From an uncultured Chloroflexia bacterium (lineage in GTDB: Bacteria; Chloroflexota; Dehalococcoidia; DSTF01; JALHUB01), in the NCBI GenBank assembly GCA_963726245.1, contig CAVSBT010000025.1:1-64000 (forward strand): a DNA stretch of 64,000 bases, written 5' to 3'. The first letter of the stretch is position 1. Each line of letters opens with the position of its first letter. A model generated the notes under the pieces. It did no database searches. It was not told the DNA's origin and worked only from the letters and a program-made list of their open reading frames with translations. The translations under genes and the position numbers were made by a program. Positions 1-9,634 of the stretch are shown in pieces.

Positions 1-1084
1 GATGCGCTCTCCCTCCTCCAGGTTGGTGCCCGCCAGTCGCACCACCACCGGCGCCTTCACCTCCATCTGCCGGTGCGCGTCCACGATGCCCTGGGCGATG
101 ACGTCGACGCGCGCCATGCCCCCGAAGATGTTGATGAGGATGGCCTTCACGTTGGGGTCGGCGGTCAGGATCTTGAAGGCGTTCACCACCCGGGCCACGT
201 CGTTGACGGTGCCGATGTCGAGGAAGTTGGCGGGCTCGCCGCCGGCCAGCTTGATGCTGTCCATGGTGGCCATGGCCAGGCCGGCGCCGTTCACCACGCA
301 GCCGATGTTGCCGCTGAGCTTGACATAATTGTTGATGCCCAGCTCCTGCGCCTCCACCTCCAGCGGGTCCTCCTCGTCCTTGTCGCGGAGGGCGGCGACC
401 TCCGGGTGGCGGAAGAGGGCGTTGTCGTCGAAGTTCATCTTGGCGTCGAGGGCCAGCAGGCGCGGCTCGGCGGCGCGGTGACGACGAGGGGGTTGATCTC
501 GGCCAGGGAGGCGTCGCGGGCGGCGAAGGCGCGGTAGAGGCCGGTCATGAGCTGGACGGCGGGTCGCAGGAGGTCGCCGCCCAGGCCGAGGGCGAAGGCG
601 AGCTGGCGGCCCTGGTAGGGCTGGAAGCCGGTGGCGGGGTCGACGGTGGTCCGGTGGATGGCCTCCGGCGTGCGGGCGGCCACCTCCTCGATCTCCATGC
701 CGCCGGCGGCGCTGGCCATCATCAGGGGCCGGCCGGCGGCGTTGTCGATGAGGACGCTGAGGTAGAGCTCGCGGTCGATGGCCATCTGCTCCTCGACCAG
801 CACGCTCTTGACGAGCCGGCCCTCGGGGCCCGTCTGGGGCGTGACCAGCGTCATGCCGATGATCTGGCCGGCGACCTGCTCCGCCTCCTGGGGCGTCGAG
901 GCAGCTTGATGCCGCCGCCCTTGCCGCGGCCTCCGGCGTGGATCTGGGCCTTGACGACCACCGGCCCGCCCAGCTCCTCGGCGACCTGGCGGGCCTCCTG
1001 CGGGCTGCGGGCGACCCGCCCTCGAGGGACGGGCACGCCGAACTCGGCCATGATCTGCTTGGCCTGGTACTCGTGGATCTTCAC
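1..1084 (-). CDS. sucC: succinyl-CoA synthetase beta subunit (3' partial, frameshifted)
   Basis: MKIHEYQAK...[36 protein letters not shown] and [11 protein letters not shown] motifs are spread over several frames; runs off the window edge. Confidence 0.95.
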
Positions 1085-1172
1085 GGCGATGGCTCCATCA
1101 CTTCAGGTGGCTGGTGACCGGACACGAGGTAGGAGTTGCGATAGGAAGCCCGGGTGCAGGGCGCCGCCCTGC

Positions 1173-1263
1173 TGGCGGAGGGGGAGGGATTCGAACCCCC
1201 GGGTCACCAGAGGCGACCAGCGGTTTTCAAGACCGCCCCCTTAAGCCACTCGGGCACCCCTCC
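1173..1263 (-). tRNA. tRNA-Ser(UGA)
   Basis: GGAGGGG/CCCCTCC acceptor stem, anticodon loop CTTGAAA, long variable arm, GGTTCGAATCC, encoded CCA. Confidence 0.97.
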
Positions 1264-1338
1264 GCCTCTGAGTATACGAGGGAGGCCCAGGCAGAATCAA
1301 CGCCGCTGGCCGGTGTTGCCTTGTGCGGACCAGGGGGC

Positions 1339-2191
1339 CTATTCGCCGAGTTCCTCTACCTCGACGACCTTGAGGGGCACCGGAAGGGCGCCGGAGTTGA
1401 GCTGGATGGAGAGCATGCGAGCGTCATCAGCGGACGAGGCCCTCGATGATGCCCTTGTCGCTGATACTGCCCTGACCGTCGGGGCGATAATGCCGCCGTC
1501 CTCGCCCCGGATGGGCTCGCCGTCCAGGAAGAAAGCGATGGGCAGGCCGATGAGGCGGCTAGCGACCTGCTGCAGGAGCGGCGCCCCCTCCGATGTCGTC
1601 TCGAAGTTGAGGATGGGCAGCTCTGTGAGGTTGCTCGACACGAAGGTGTTGGCCTGAGGAAGCGGCCCGTCAGCGCTGTTTCCTGGCCGTCGGTCTCGGT
1701 GGCCGCGCCGGCACCCAGATGATGCTCTCCTCGGTCTGCCTGCGTCAGTGACTCGAGGCTGAAACGGCCATCTCCTGGCCGCCTTCGCAGCCCGGCGGGT
1801 TGTAGGTCACCGTGCCACCTTGGCAAAGGAGGATATCTCCGTTCTCGTCCCAGCTTGGGCTTCCGGAATTCCAAGAACCCCGTCTGCCCCGTGAGCTTCT
1901 GCGCCTCGGCAGCGTCCGATGCCCGGCAGCTCGACGGAGAGACTGGTTCCGTCTCTCGCGGTGAACCTTGGCGCGTGGCACCGTAGGCATTCACCGGCGC
2001 TCAATGATGTCGGCCGCCGACTTCGAGCGCGGCGTCGGCGTCAACGTCTCGATGCCTGCGAGAGATCCGCCTGAAAGACGATTCGGACGGTGGCGACTTG
2101 AATCGAGGCGTTGTCCCCGCCGCACGCTGCGACGAAGCTCAGGAGGACGACCAAAGGGAACGAAAGCGAACGCTGTTGCACGCCAGCTCAT
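1339..2191 (-). CDS. putative lipoprotein consisting of a SecD-like periplasmic P1 domain (multiple frameshifts; possible pseudogene)
   Basis: Reconstructed LVVLLSFVAA-CGG lipobox, IIERRVNAYG, SVELPG, TGFLEFR and LSIQLNSGALPVPL; stops right after the P1 domain. Confidence 0.7.
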
Positions 2192-2348
2192 GCTCGTGCT
2201 CCGTCGGAGGTGTCTTGACTCCTATTGTATACGAGACGTCAAGACGCTCCGCACTGCCCAGAGAGCATGCACGCTGGACTCTAGCGTGACCCCGCCCTAT
2301 CCTCGACGGAGGTGCCGGCTGGCGCCAGCCTGCAGGAGGATTCGCATC

Positions 2349-2891
2349 GTGGTCAGGGAACACGTCGACACGCGCTGGCAGGACCCCGACAAGCTGATGC
2401 CCCCCAGCGACAAGACGCGGGAGGCCACACACGCCCGCGTGGTCGAGGACATCGCCCGGCGGCGCCTGGCCTTCCCCAACGACGAGTCCCCATCGCTGCG
2501 CACCCACGTCAACGTGCCCGAGCCCGCCTTCACCATCCGTGCCGCCGGCGGCGCCGAGCTGGCGCCGGACATCGTCGTGGTCGAGGACGCCTCCGGCAGC
2601 CCGCGCATCGTGGCGGCGGTGGAGACGGCCGACACCGTGACCGACGAGCAGGCCGCCGGCCGCTGGCTGCCCTTCTCCCGCGTGCCCGACGCCGCCTTCC
2701 ACCTGTACGTCCCGTCGGGCTTCGCCGCCGAGGCCAGGCGGCTCCTCAAGAAGCACCGCATCAAGAACGCGGGGCTGCATACCTGGCGCTACGTCGCCGG
2801 CCAGGAGGTGCTGGACATCACTGACATCGACTACGGCAGCCTCCTGGAGCGTCTCCTGCCGCCGTTCCTGCTGCGCCGGCGGGGTCACTAG
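2349..2891 (+). CDS. hypothetical protein, possible PD-(D/E)XK-like fold
   Basis: AGGAGG RBS then GTG at 2349; strong GC3 bias; PDIVVVED...AAVET pattern. Confidence 0.75.
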   Translation: MVREHVDTRWQDPDKLMPPSDKTREATHARVVEDIARRRLAFPNDESPSLRTHVNVPEPAFTIRAAGGAELAPDIVVVEDASGSPRIVAAVETADTVTDEQAAGRWLPFSRVPDAAFHLYVPSGFAAEARRLLKKHRIKNAGLHTWRYVAGQEVLDITDIDYGSLLERLLPPFLLRRRGH

Positions 2892-2922
2892 CTGGGCGGC
2901 GCAGGGTGGTCGAGGTCACCAA

Positions 2923-3532
2923 ATGAAGCGCTTAACGCTCTGTCCCGTTGTCGCTGCCCTTCTCTTCGTGGCCCTCTCGTGTCAAGGCGGGAAGACGGAG
3001 GTCGCGTCCCAGCCATCGCCTACGGCTTCTCCCGCGATTAGGGCAACGCCGAGCCTTCCGCCGCCAGCTACGGCGACGGTGACACCTCAGGCAGCAGCGA
3101 CAGCCGCGCCGCAGCCATCGGAGACGCCGGCCCCGGACTTCAGCCCGATTCGCCGCGGACTGGGCACGCCACGGGTTCGGCATGACGGTCACCGCCAGCG
3201 GCGAGGCGACGGCGACGTGGCGGGTGTACAAGTGGTGCAGTGACGACCCGACGCCGCCCTGCGACAACATGGTCGGCAGCGAGATCATCGACGGTGGCCG
3301 CGCCACCGTCGTCTTTGACCGCGTCGTCGGCGATACCGCCTACGGGCGGGTTCAGGACAGCACCGACGAAGCGACCCTCTCTGGCGACGTGTCTCTGACG
3401 CTGACGCCCTATGGCATGGCTTCTCTCGACTACGTAGACCGCCCCGAGAGTGAGCCTATCGTCCTGTGCGGCCCAAACTACCCACAGGAGGCGCCCGACT
3501 GGCTGATGCAGCAGTCGCCGTGCGGCGCCTGA
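2923..3532 (+). CDS. putative lipoprotein with Pro/Thr-rich linker and Cys-containing C-terminal domain (frameshifted)
   Basis: Signal peptide ending LSC, PT-rich linker, continues in ORF 3182..3532. Confidence 0.65.
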
Positions 3533-3914
3533 GGTGGGGATCGCCGCGCCCTGGCCTGTCGAAGGGCCGCGCCCCTACGTGTCGCGTCCAGCATCTTCTT
3601 GAGCAGGCTGCGGTGGCAGCGGGACTCATCCTGGCAGGAGCAGAGGAGGGTGACGGTCTCGCGGCGGCCCAGGTCGCGGTAGCGGTCCAGCAGCTCCCCC
3701 TGGCCGACATCTCTTCCCGATAGCGGGCGGCCAGGTCTTCCCAGCTTAGCCTGCCGGCCCGGAAGGACATCAGCGCCTCGCGGCTGGGCCCCAGGTCTTT
3801 CTCCCAGCCGTCGACGGCGGCCTTTGCTATCCCGCGCGGCCAGAGACGCATGACGAGGAGTCGATAGCCGTCTTCCGGCGAGGGCGGGTCGTAGATGCGC
3901 TTGGTCCGGATCAT
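3478..3914 (-). CDS. DUF488/YeaO family protein (frameshifted; 3' end uncertain)
   Basis: IRTKRIYDPPSPEDGYRLLVMRLWPRG and VTLLCSC..ESRCHRSLL. Confidence 0.85.
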
Positions 3915-3959
3915 GGCAGGAACTCCCCGGCGGCCGGAGCGCAGGCGGCGGCGGCCCGC

Positions 3960-5054
3960 CTAGGACGCCAGCGCCGCCTCGATCTCCTCTCGATACTGCG
4001 GGTACTTGACGGCGAAAGCCTCCACCATTCCGAAGCAGCCGCTGATCATCATGTCGCCGTGGGGCGTGGCGAAGTACGGCGCCAGGCGGCTGCCCCTGAG
4101 CTTGCCCCACTGGGGGCCGGTGACGGCCAGGAAGGGCCGGCCGTCGGAGCGGGCGGCATCCGGCACGTAGTAGACGCCGTGGCCGTGGTGGTCGAAGACA
4201 TCCTCGTGGCGCAGGGTGCCGGCCATCAGCCTCTCGGTCAGCGACTCGATCTCGGTGGGCTCCAGGAGGCCCGTGTGGTGCTCGTACAGGCTGTAGATGC
4301 GGGCGCCACGCAGGTGGAAGGCGAGGGTGTGCATGTTGCCCAGGTTGAGGACGAGCTGCTCGCCGGCCGCGGCCACGCGCGGGTCCTGGAGGGCGCCCAG
4401 GGCCGCCGCCGGCCCCGTGTCCAGGAACACCGTCGGCGCCTCGAAGTCGACGCAGCTCAGCATGGAGCGCGCTCGCGTCAGGTAGTCGGGCACCTCCTCC
4501 GGCAGGTAGGCGAAGGCGTGCAGGTCGTTCCTCTCTTCGACGACGCGACGCAGGTGGTCGAAGCGGAACAGGCGGTCGGAGTAGCCCGGCGGCGAGGCGC
4601 CGTGGTCGAGGCAGCCCAGGGCCAGGCCGTCGAACTTGAGCTCAACCTCGAAGGCGGCGAGCGCGACGCGGATGGCCTGGAGGTCCAGGTCCCGCATCTC
4701 GACGCGCTCGACAGCGGCGAGCCGGCGGGCCTCGTCCTCGCTCACCACCTGCACGCCCATCCTGGCCACCACCTCCAGGTCGTCGTCGAAGGTGCGGGCT
4801 GCCTCAGGGGTGGCGTAGGCGGCGTGGCCCGCCTTCAGGTGGGCCTCCAGCGCCCAGTGGCAGGGGCCGCCGCCCATCGTGACGCCGGTGAGCAGCAGCC
4901 GCCGCCTCTCGACGGTGGCGCGCCGGATGCGGCGGGCGGCGATCTCGGTGGCGGAGGGCATGACCAGCTTGAGGCTGTTCTCGGCCGGCCCCTCTGTGTC
5001 GAAGAGGAGGATGTCCTGGGTGCCGGTGCCCATGTCGATGGCGAGGATGCGCAT
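3960..5054 (-). CDS. DUF1786 family protein
   Basis: MRILAIDMGTGTQDILLFD, LDHG, DTGPAA, NLGNMHT, YEHHT, PHGDMMISGCFG. Confidence 0.85.
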   Translation of the reverse strand: MRILAIDMGTGTQDILLFDTEGPAENSLKLVMPSATEIAARRIRRATVERRRLLLTGVTMGGGPCHWALEAHLKAGHAAYATPEAARTFDDDLEVVARMGVQVVSEDEARRLAAVERVEMRDLDLQAIRVALAAFEVELKFDGLALGCLDHGASPPGYSDRLFRFDHLRRVVEERNDLHAFAYLPEEVPDYLTRARSMLSCVDFEAPTVFLDTGPAAALGALQDPRVAAAGEQLVLNLGNMHTLAFHLRGARIYSLYEHHTGLLEPTEIESLTERLMAGTLRHEDVFDHHGHGVYYVPDAARSDGRPFLAVTGPQWGKLRGSRLAPYFATPHGDMMISGCFGMVEAFAVKYPQYREEIEAALAS

Positions 5055-5126
5055 GGTGGGGCCTTCTGGCGCGGTTTCGCGAGTGGTGTCTTCTCTATTC
5101 TAGCAGGACGGGAGTGTGCCTGGGTC

Positions 5127-5152
5127 GTAGGGACGGAGCTTCAGCTCCGTCC
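5127..5152 (+). repeat. GTAG-REP-like palindrome
   Basis: GTAGGGACGGAGCTTCAGCTCCGTCC; near-identical copies at 25785, 56841 and 56868. Confidence 0.85.
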
Positions 5153-5171
5153 TGGGGAGGTTGTTGGGCGC

Positions 5172-5197
5172 TGTCATTCTGAGCGTAGCGAAGAATC
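5172..5197 (+). repeat. TGAGC..CGAA-type short palindromic element
   Basis: TGTCATTCTGAGCGTAGCGAAGAATC; same core as 23850 and 3550. Confidence 0.6.
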
Positions 5198-5207
5198 CGG
5201 GTCATCG

Positions 5208-5273
5208 GTCAACGGATGGAGGAACGGATTAACGGATGACCCTATCCATCAATCCGTTCGCGTATCCGTTGAC
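5208..5273. repeat. hairpin built from AACGGAT units
   Basis: Three AACGGAT units followed by ATCCGTT inverse units; arms GTCAACGGAT/ATCCGTTGAC. Confidence 0.75.
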
Positions 5274-5379
5274 GGACTTGCGCTGCCGGTCGACCCCCAC
5301 GAGGTGGCCCCACCGCCCCGGGTCGAGACGCAGTCGAAGACAAGGATACTCCGGCTCGCCGTTTGAGTAGTCCCGCGTC

Positions 5380-6649
<1,270 letters not shown>

Positions 6650-6676
6650 CTGTACCCCCTGCCCCTTCACCCCCAA

Positions 6677-6731
6677 GGGAACCAGGAACCGGGAACCAGG
6701 AACGAGGCCCCGCCCCCAATTCCCGGTTCCT
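6677..6731. repeat. heptamer tandem repeat with inverted partner
   Basis: GGGAACC AGGAACC GGGAACC AGGAACG ... ATTCCCGGTTCCT. Confidence 0.75.
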
Positions 6732-6806
6732 TCGTCAGGGGGATTCTATCAGCCCCTAGAGGAAGGCGTCGAGTGTGGCGCTGCGCCTGCGCGCAACAGG
6801 AAGGAC

Positions 6807-8138
6807 TCAGGGGCGCTGGTCGAGGTCTTCCAGGACCAGCAGGCCTATGGTGGCCGCCTCCTGCATCTGAGCAGGCTGGACGCGGTCGACGGTGTCCTCG
6901 GGAGTGTGCAGCAGGTTGTCGGTGACCCGCCAGATCCACACGGCGGGAATGCCGGCATCGAGGAAGCTCATATGGTCGCTGCCGACGTTCTCCGGCTTCT
7001 CCGACGCCGTCGCGGCGATACCGGCGCCCGCGGCATCCTGAGCGGTCTTCGCCACCAGCTCGGGCGACCCGATGAGCTCCCACGACTGGCCGACCCCCGT
7101 CATGTCAAAGTTGAGCATCCCGCGGAGTTCGGTGCGTTGCGCTGCGTCCATGCTCTCGACGAAGTGAGCGCTTCCCAGCATGCCCAGCTCCTCAGCGCCG
7201 AAGAGGGCGAAGCAGTTGTCGCCCGCCAGGTGGCGAGCTGCCACTGTACGCGCGAGCTCCAGCACGGTGGCCGTGCCGGAGGCGTTGTCGCTGGCGCCCG
7301 GCGCTTGGGGCACGGAGTCGAAGTGACCGCCCGTGATCGTCTCGCAGCGGCCATCGGCCGGCCGCGCGATGACGTTTCGGGAGGTGAGCTCAGCGTTTGG
7401 CCCGACCTCCACAGACGCCTCCACCGGCCCCTTGTCCAGCAGGGCAAGAAGGCGCTCGCCATCCGCGCCGCTGATGGATACGGCCGGGATAGTGCCTTCC
7501 TCCCCAAGGCTCCCCTCGAAGAGATCGGGGCTGTCGTTGAAGACGACGGCGGCGGCGGCGCCGGCTGCAACGGCGTTGCGCACCTTGTCAGCGAAGTAGA
7601 GCTCACCCCGGCGCAGCAGGGCGATGCCGCCCTGGACACCCTCAGATGGGAACTCATTGGGGTGTCCCAGCCCGGCGTAGACCAGCTTCCCCTTGACCTG
7701 GCCGGCGGCGGAGCCGGTGAACGCGCTGGCGCCTAGAGTCTCCGGCTCCGGGCTTACCACTTGGAGGGAAGTCTGACGGCCGGACTCCGATGTGAACTGA
7801 AACGTCTGCTCCTCGACGGTGTAGCCGTAGCTGCGAAGCTGGTCGCCGATGTAGCCGGCCGCCTTGGCTTCCGCATCGCTGCCGGCGGGCCGGGGGCCGA
7901 TGTCGGCGGCCAGGGCCTGGACGTGCTGGAAGGCCAGCTCTCCGCTGGGCTCGGTCGGTCCGGCGACGGAGCCTGCTTGGGGCGTCGCCGTAGACGCGGA
8001 CGCAGTCGTGGTCGGCGGCGGGCTTGGAGCTGGAGCCGTCGATGCGCCGCCGCCGCAGGCTGCCAGGGTCAGGGCGGTGAGGCCAAGGAGCAGGACCAGC
8101 GCCCGGCCAGGAGTTGCCCTGCGCAGAAGATGGAGCAA
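6807..8138 (-). CDS. M28 family aminopeptidase lipoprotein with PA domain
   Basis: LAAC lipobox, GHFDSV, GASDNASG, GAEELG, NFDM, SDH, LHTPED. Confidence 0.92.
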   Translation of the reverse strand: MLHLLRRATPGRALVLLLGLTALTLAACGGGASTAPAPSPPPTTTASASTATPQAGSVAGPTEPSGELAFQHVQALAADIGPRPAGSDAEAKAAGYIGDQLRSYGYTVEEQTFQFTSESGRQTSLQVVSPEPETLGASAFTGSAAGQVKGKLVYAGLGHPNEFPSEGVQGGIALLRRGELYFADKVRNAVAAGAAAAVVFNDSPDLFEGSLGEEGTIPAVSISGADGERLLALLDKGPVEASVEVGPNAELTSRNVIARPADGRCETITGGHFDSVPQAPGASDNASGTATVLELARTVAARHLAGDNCFALFGAEELGMLGSAHFVESMDAAQRTELRGMLNFDMTGVGQSWELIGSPELVAKTAQDAAGAGIAATASEKPENVGSDHMSFLDAGIPAVWIWRVTDNLLHTPEDTVDRVQPAQMQEAATIGLLVLEDLDQRP

Positions 8139-8143
8139 TGCGT

Positions 8144-8551
8144 TCAGCGGCGGCGACCCCGGCGCTGGAGCCAGTTGCGCAGGCGGCTGCCCAGCCCCGG
8201 CTCCGAGAGATCGATGACCTCTCCGCGCCAGCGTTTCTCGTAGTGAGGACGCCTTCCTAGCAGGGAGAGGACGAAGGCCGCGCAGAAGAGGATGAGCCCC
8301 GCGATGATGAGCCAGCGGGCCAGGCCCGGGCTGGCAGAGCGGAAGAAGAACGATACCACCACCAGGACCAGCGAGCCCAGCATGAGCTGGCCCAGGGAGA
8401 TACCGGAAAGGCCCGCCAGCAGCCCATGCAGTGTGTCAGAGAGGGCGGTGGCTACTCTTCGCCGGGCGCGTGTCAGCCGGCCCTCCTCCGGCACGAACTC
8501 GTCGAGCTTTCGGAGGATTTCTTCGACCTCGCGTTCCAGGTTGTCGGGCAT
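8144..8551 (-). CDS. hypothetical membrane protein
   Basis: GGAGG RBS, MPDNLEREVEEIL, two hydrophobic helices, EKRWRG. Confidence 0.8.
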   Translation of the reverse strand: MPDNLEREVEEILRKLDEFVPEEGRLTRARRRVATALSDTLHGLLAGLSGISLGQLMLGSLVLVVVSFFFRSASPGLARWLIIAGLILFCAAFVLSLLGRRPHYEKRWRGEVIDLSEPGLGSRLRNWLQRRGRRR

Positions 8552-8682
8552 CCCTACCTCCGCCGCAAGAGAGGGAAACGCGCTGGAGAACACCCTTTCA
8601 TTCTACATGTGTCGGGCAAAGGGGGTCTACACGACAGAGGGGGCACCGGCTGGCGGCGCCCGGTCGGAGATCTGAGGCAGCG

Positions 8683-9522
8683 TTAGCCGCGGGCTTTCGC
8701 GTCCCGCCCCAGCCCCTCGTTCATGCTGCCGGAGCGGAAGCCGGCCAGGTCCAGGGTGACGTAGAGATAGCCCAGGGAGCGCAGGCGCTCCACGACCCGC
8801 TCGCGGTTTCCGTCGCGCATCAGCAGGTCCATGCCCTGCTGATCGACCTCGATGCGGGCGACCTCGCCGTGATGGCGTACGCGCAGTTGGCGCACTCCAA
8901 GCGAGCGCAGGAAGGCCTCGGCGGCGCCTATCTGGTCCAGCATCTCGACGTTGATGGCGGTGCCGTAAGGCACGCGGGAAGCCAGGCAGGCCATGGCCGG
9001 CTTGTCCCAGGTGGGCAGGCCGCGGGCCTTCGAGAGGGCGCGGACGTCGGCCTTGTTCAGCTCGGCTTCGATGAGGGGGCTGCGGACGCGGTGCTCGGCG
9101 GCGGCGCGGCGACCGGGACGGTGATCACCCAGGTCATCGGTGTTGCACCCGTCGACCACCCAGGCGATGCCCCGCTGGCGGGCCAGGGCCTGGAGGCGGT
9201 CGAAGAGCTCGTCCTTGCAGAAGTAGCAGCGCTGAGGCGAGTTCTCCACGTAGCCAGGCAGGTCCATCTCCCGGGTTTCGATGGTCTCGTGGCGGATGCC
9301 TATCTGGTCAGCCAGGAGGCGAGCCTCTTCAACCTCCGAGGCGGGGACGGATGGTGAGACAGCGGTAACGGCAAGCGCTGCCTCGCCCAAGGCGTCGTGG
9401 GCCGCGGCCGCCAGGAAGGTGCTGTCGACGCCGCCGGAGAAGGCGACCAGCACCGATCCCATGTCGCGGAGAGTCTCCTCCAGCCGTGTCAGCTTGCGTC
9501 CCAGCTTTCTACTAGCCATCAT
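8683..9522 (-). CDS. larE: ATP-dependent sacrificial sulfur transferase LarE family (PP-loop)
   Basis: AFSGGVDS, RCYFCK, D.RPG, WDKPAMACLASRVPYG, GFRSGSMN. Confidence 0.92.
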   Translation of the reverse strand: MMASRKLGRKLTRLEETLRDMGSVLVAFSGGVDSTFLAAAAHDALGEAALAVTAVSPSVPASEVEEARLLADQIGIRHETIETREMDLPGYVENSPQRCYFCKDELFDRLQALARQRGIAWVVDGCNTDDLGDHRPGRRAAAEHRVRSPLIEAELNKADVRALSKARGLPTWDKPAMACLASRVPYGTAINVEMLDQIGAAEAFLRSLGVRQLRVRHHGEVARIEVDQQGMDLLMRDGNRERVVERLRSLGYLYVTLDLAGFRSGSMNEGLGRDAKARG

Positions 9523-9576
9523 CTCTGCATCCAACAGCGTAGACCCATCATGATAGCACGGCAGGAGAAGGGAGAT

Positions 9577-9606
9577 GTAGGTCGGGGTCCGAAGACCCCC
9601 GCCTAC
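9577..9606. repeat. self-complementary GTAG...CTAC REP-like palindrome
   Basis: GTAGGTCGGGGTCCGAAGACCCCCGCCTAC. Confidence 0.75.
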
Positions 9607-9634
9607 GAACGCCGTCATTGAGGCCGGCGGCGGA

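Noticed and set aside
6650-6800. T-box leaders for serS, pheS or alaS
   Set aside because: No TGGNACC T-box motif or stem I in their short leaders; only thrS has one
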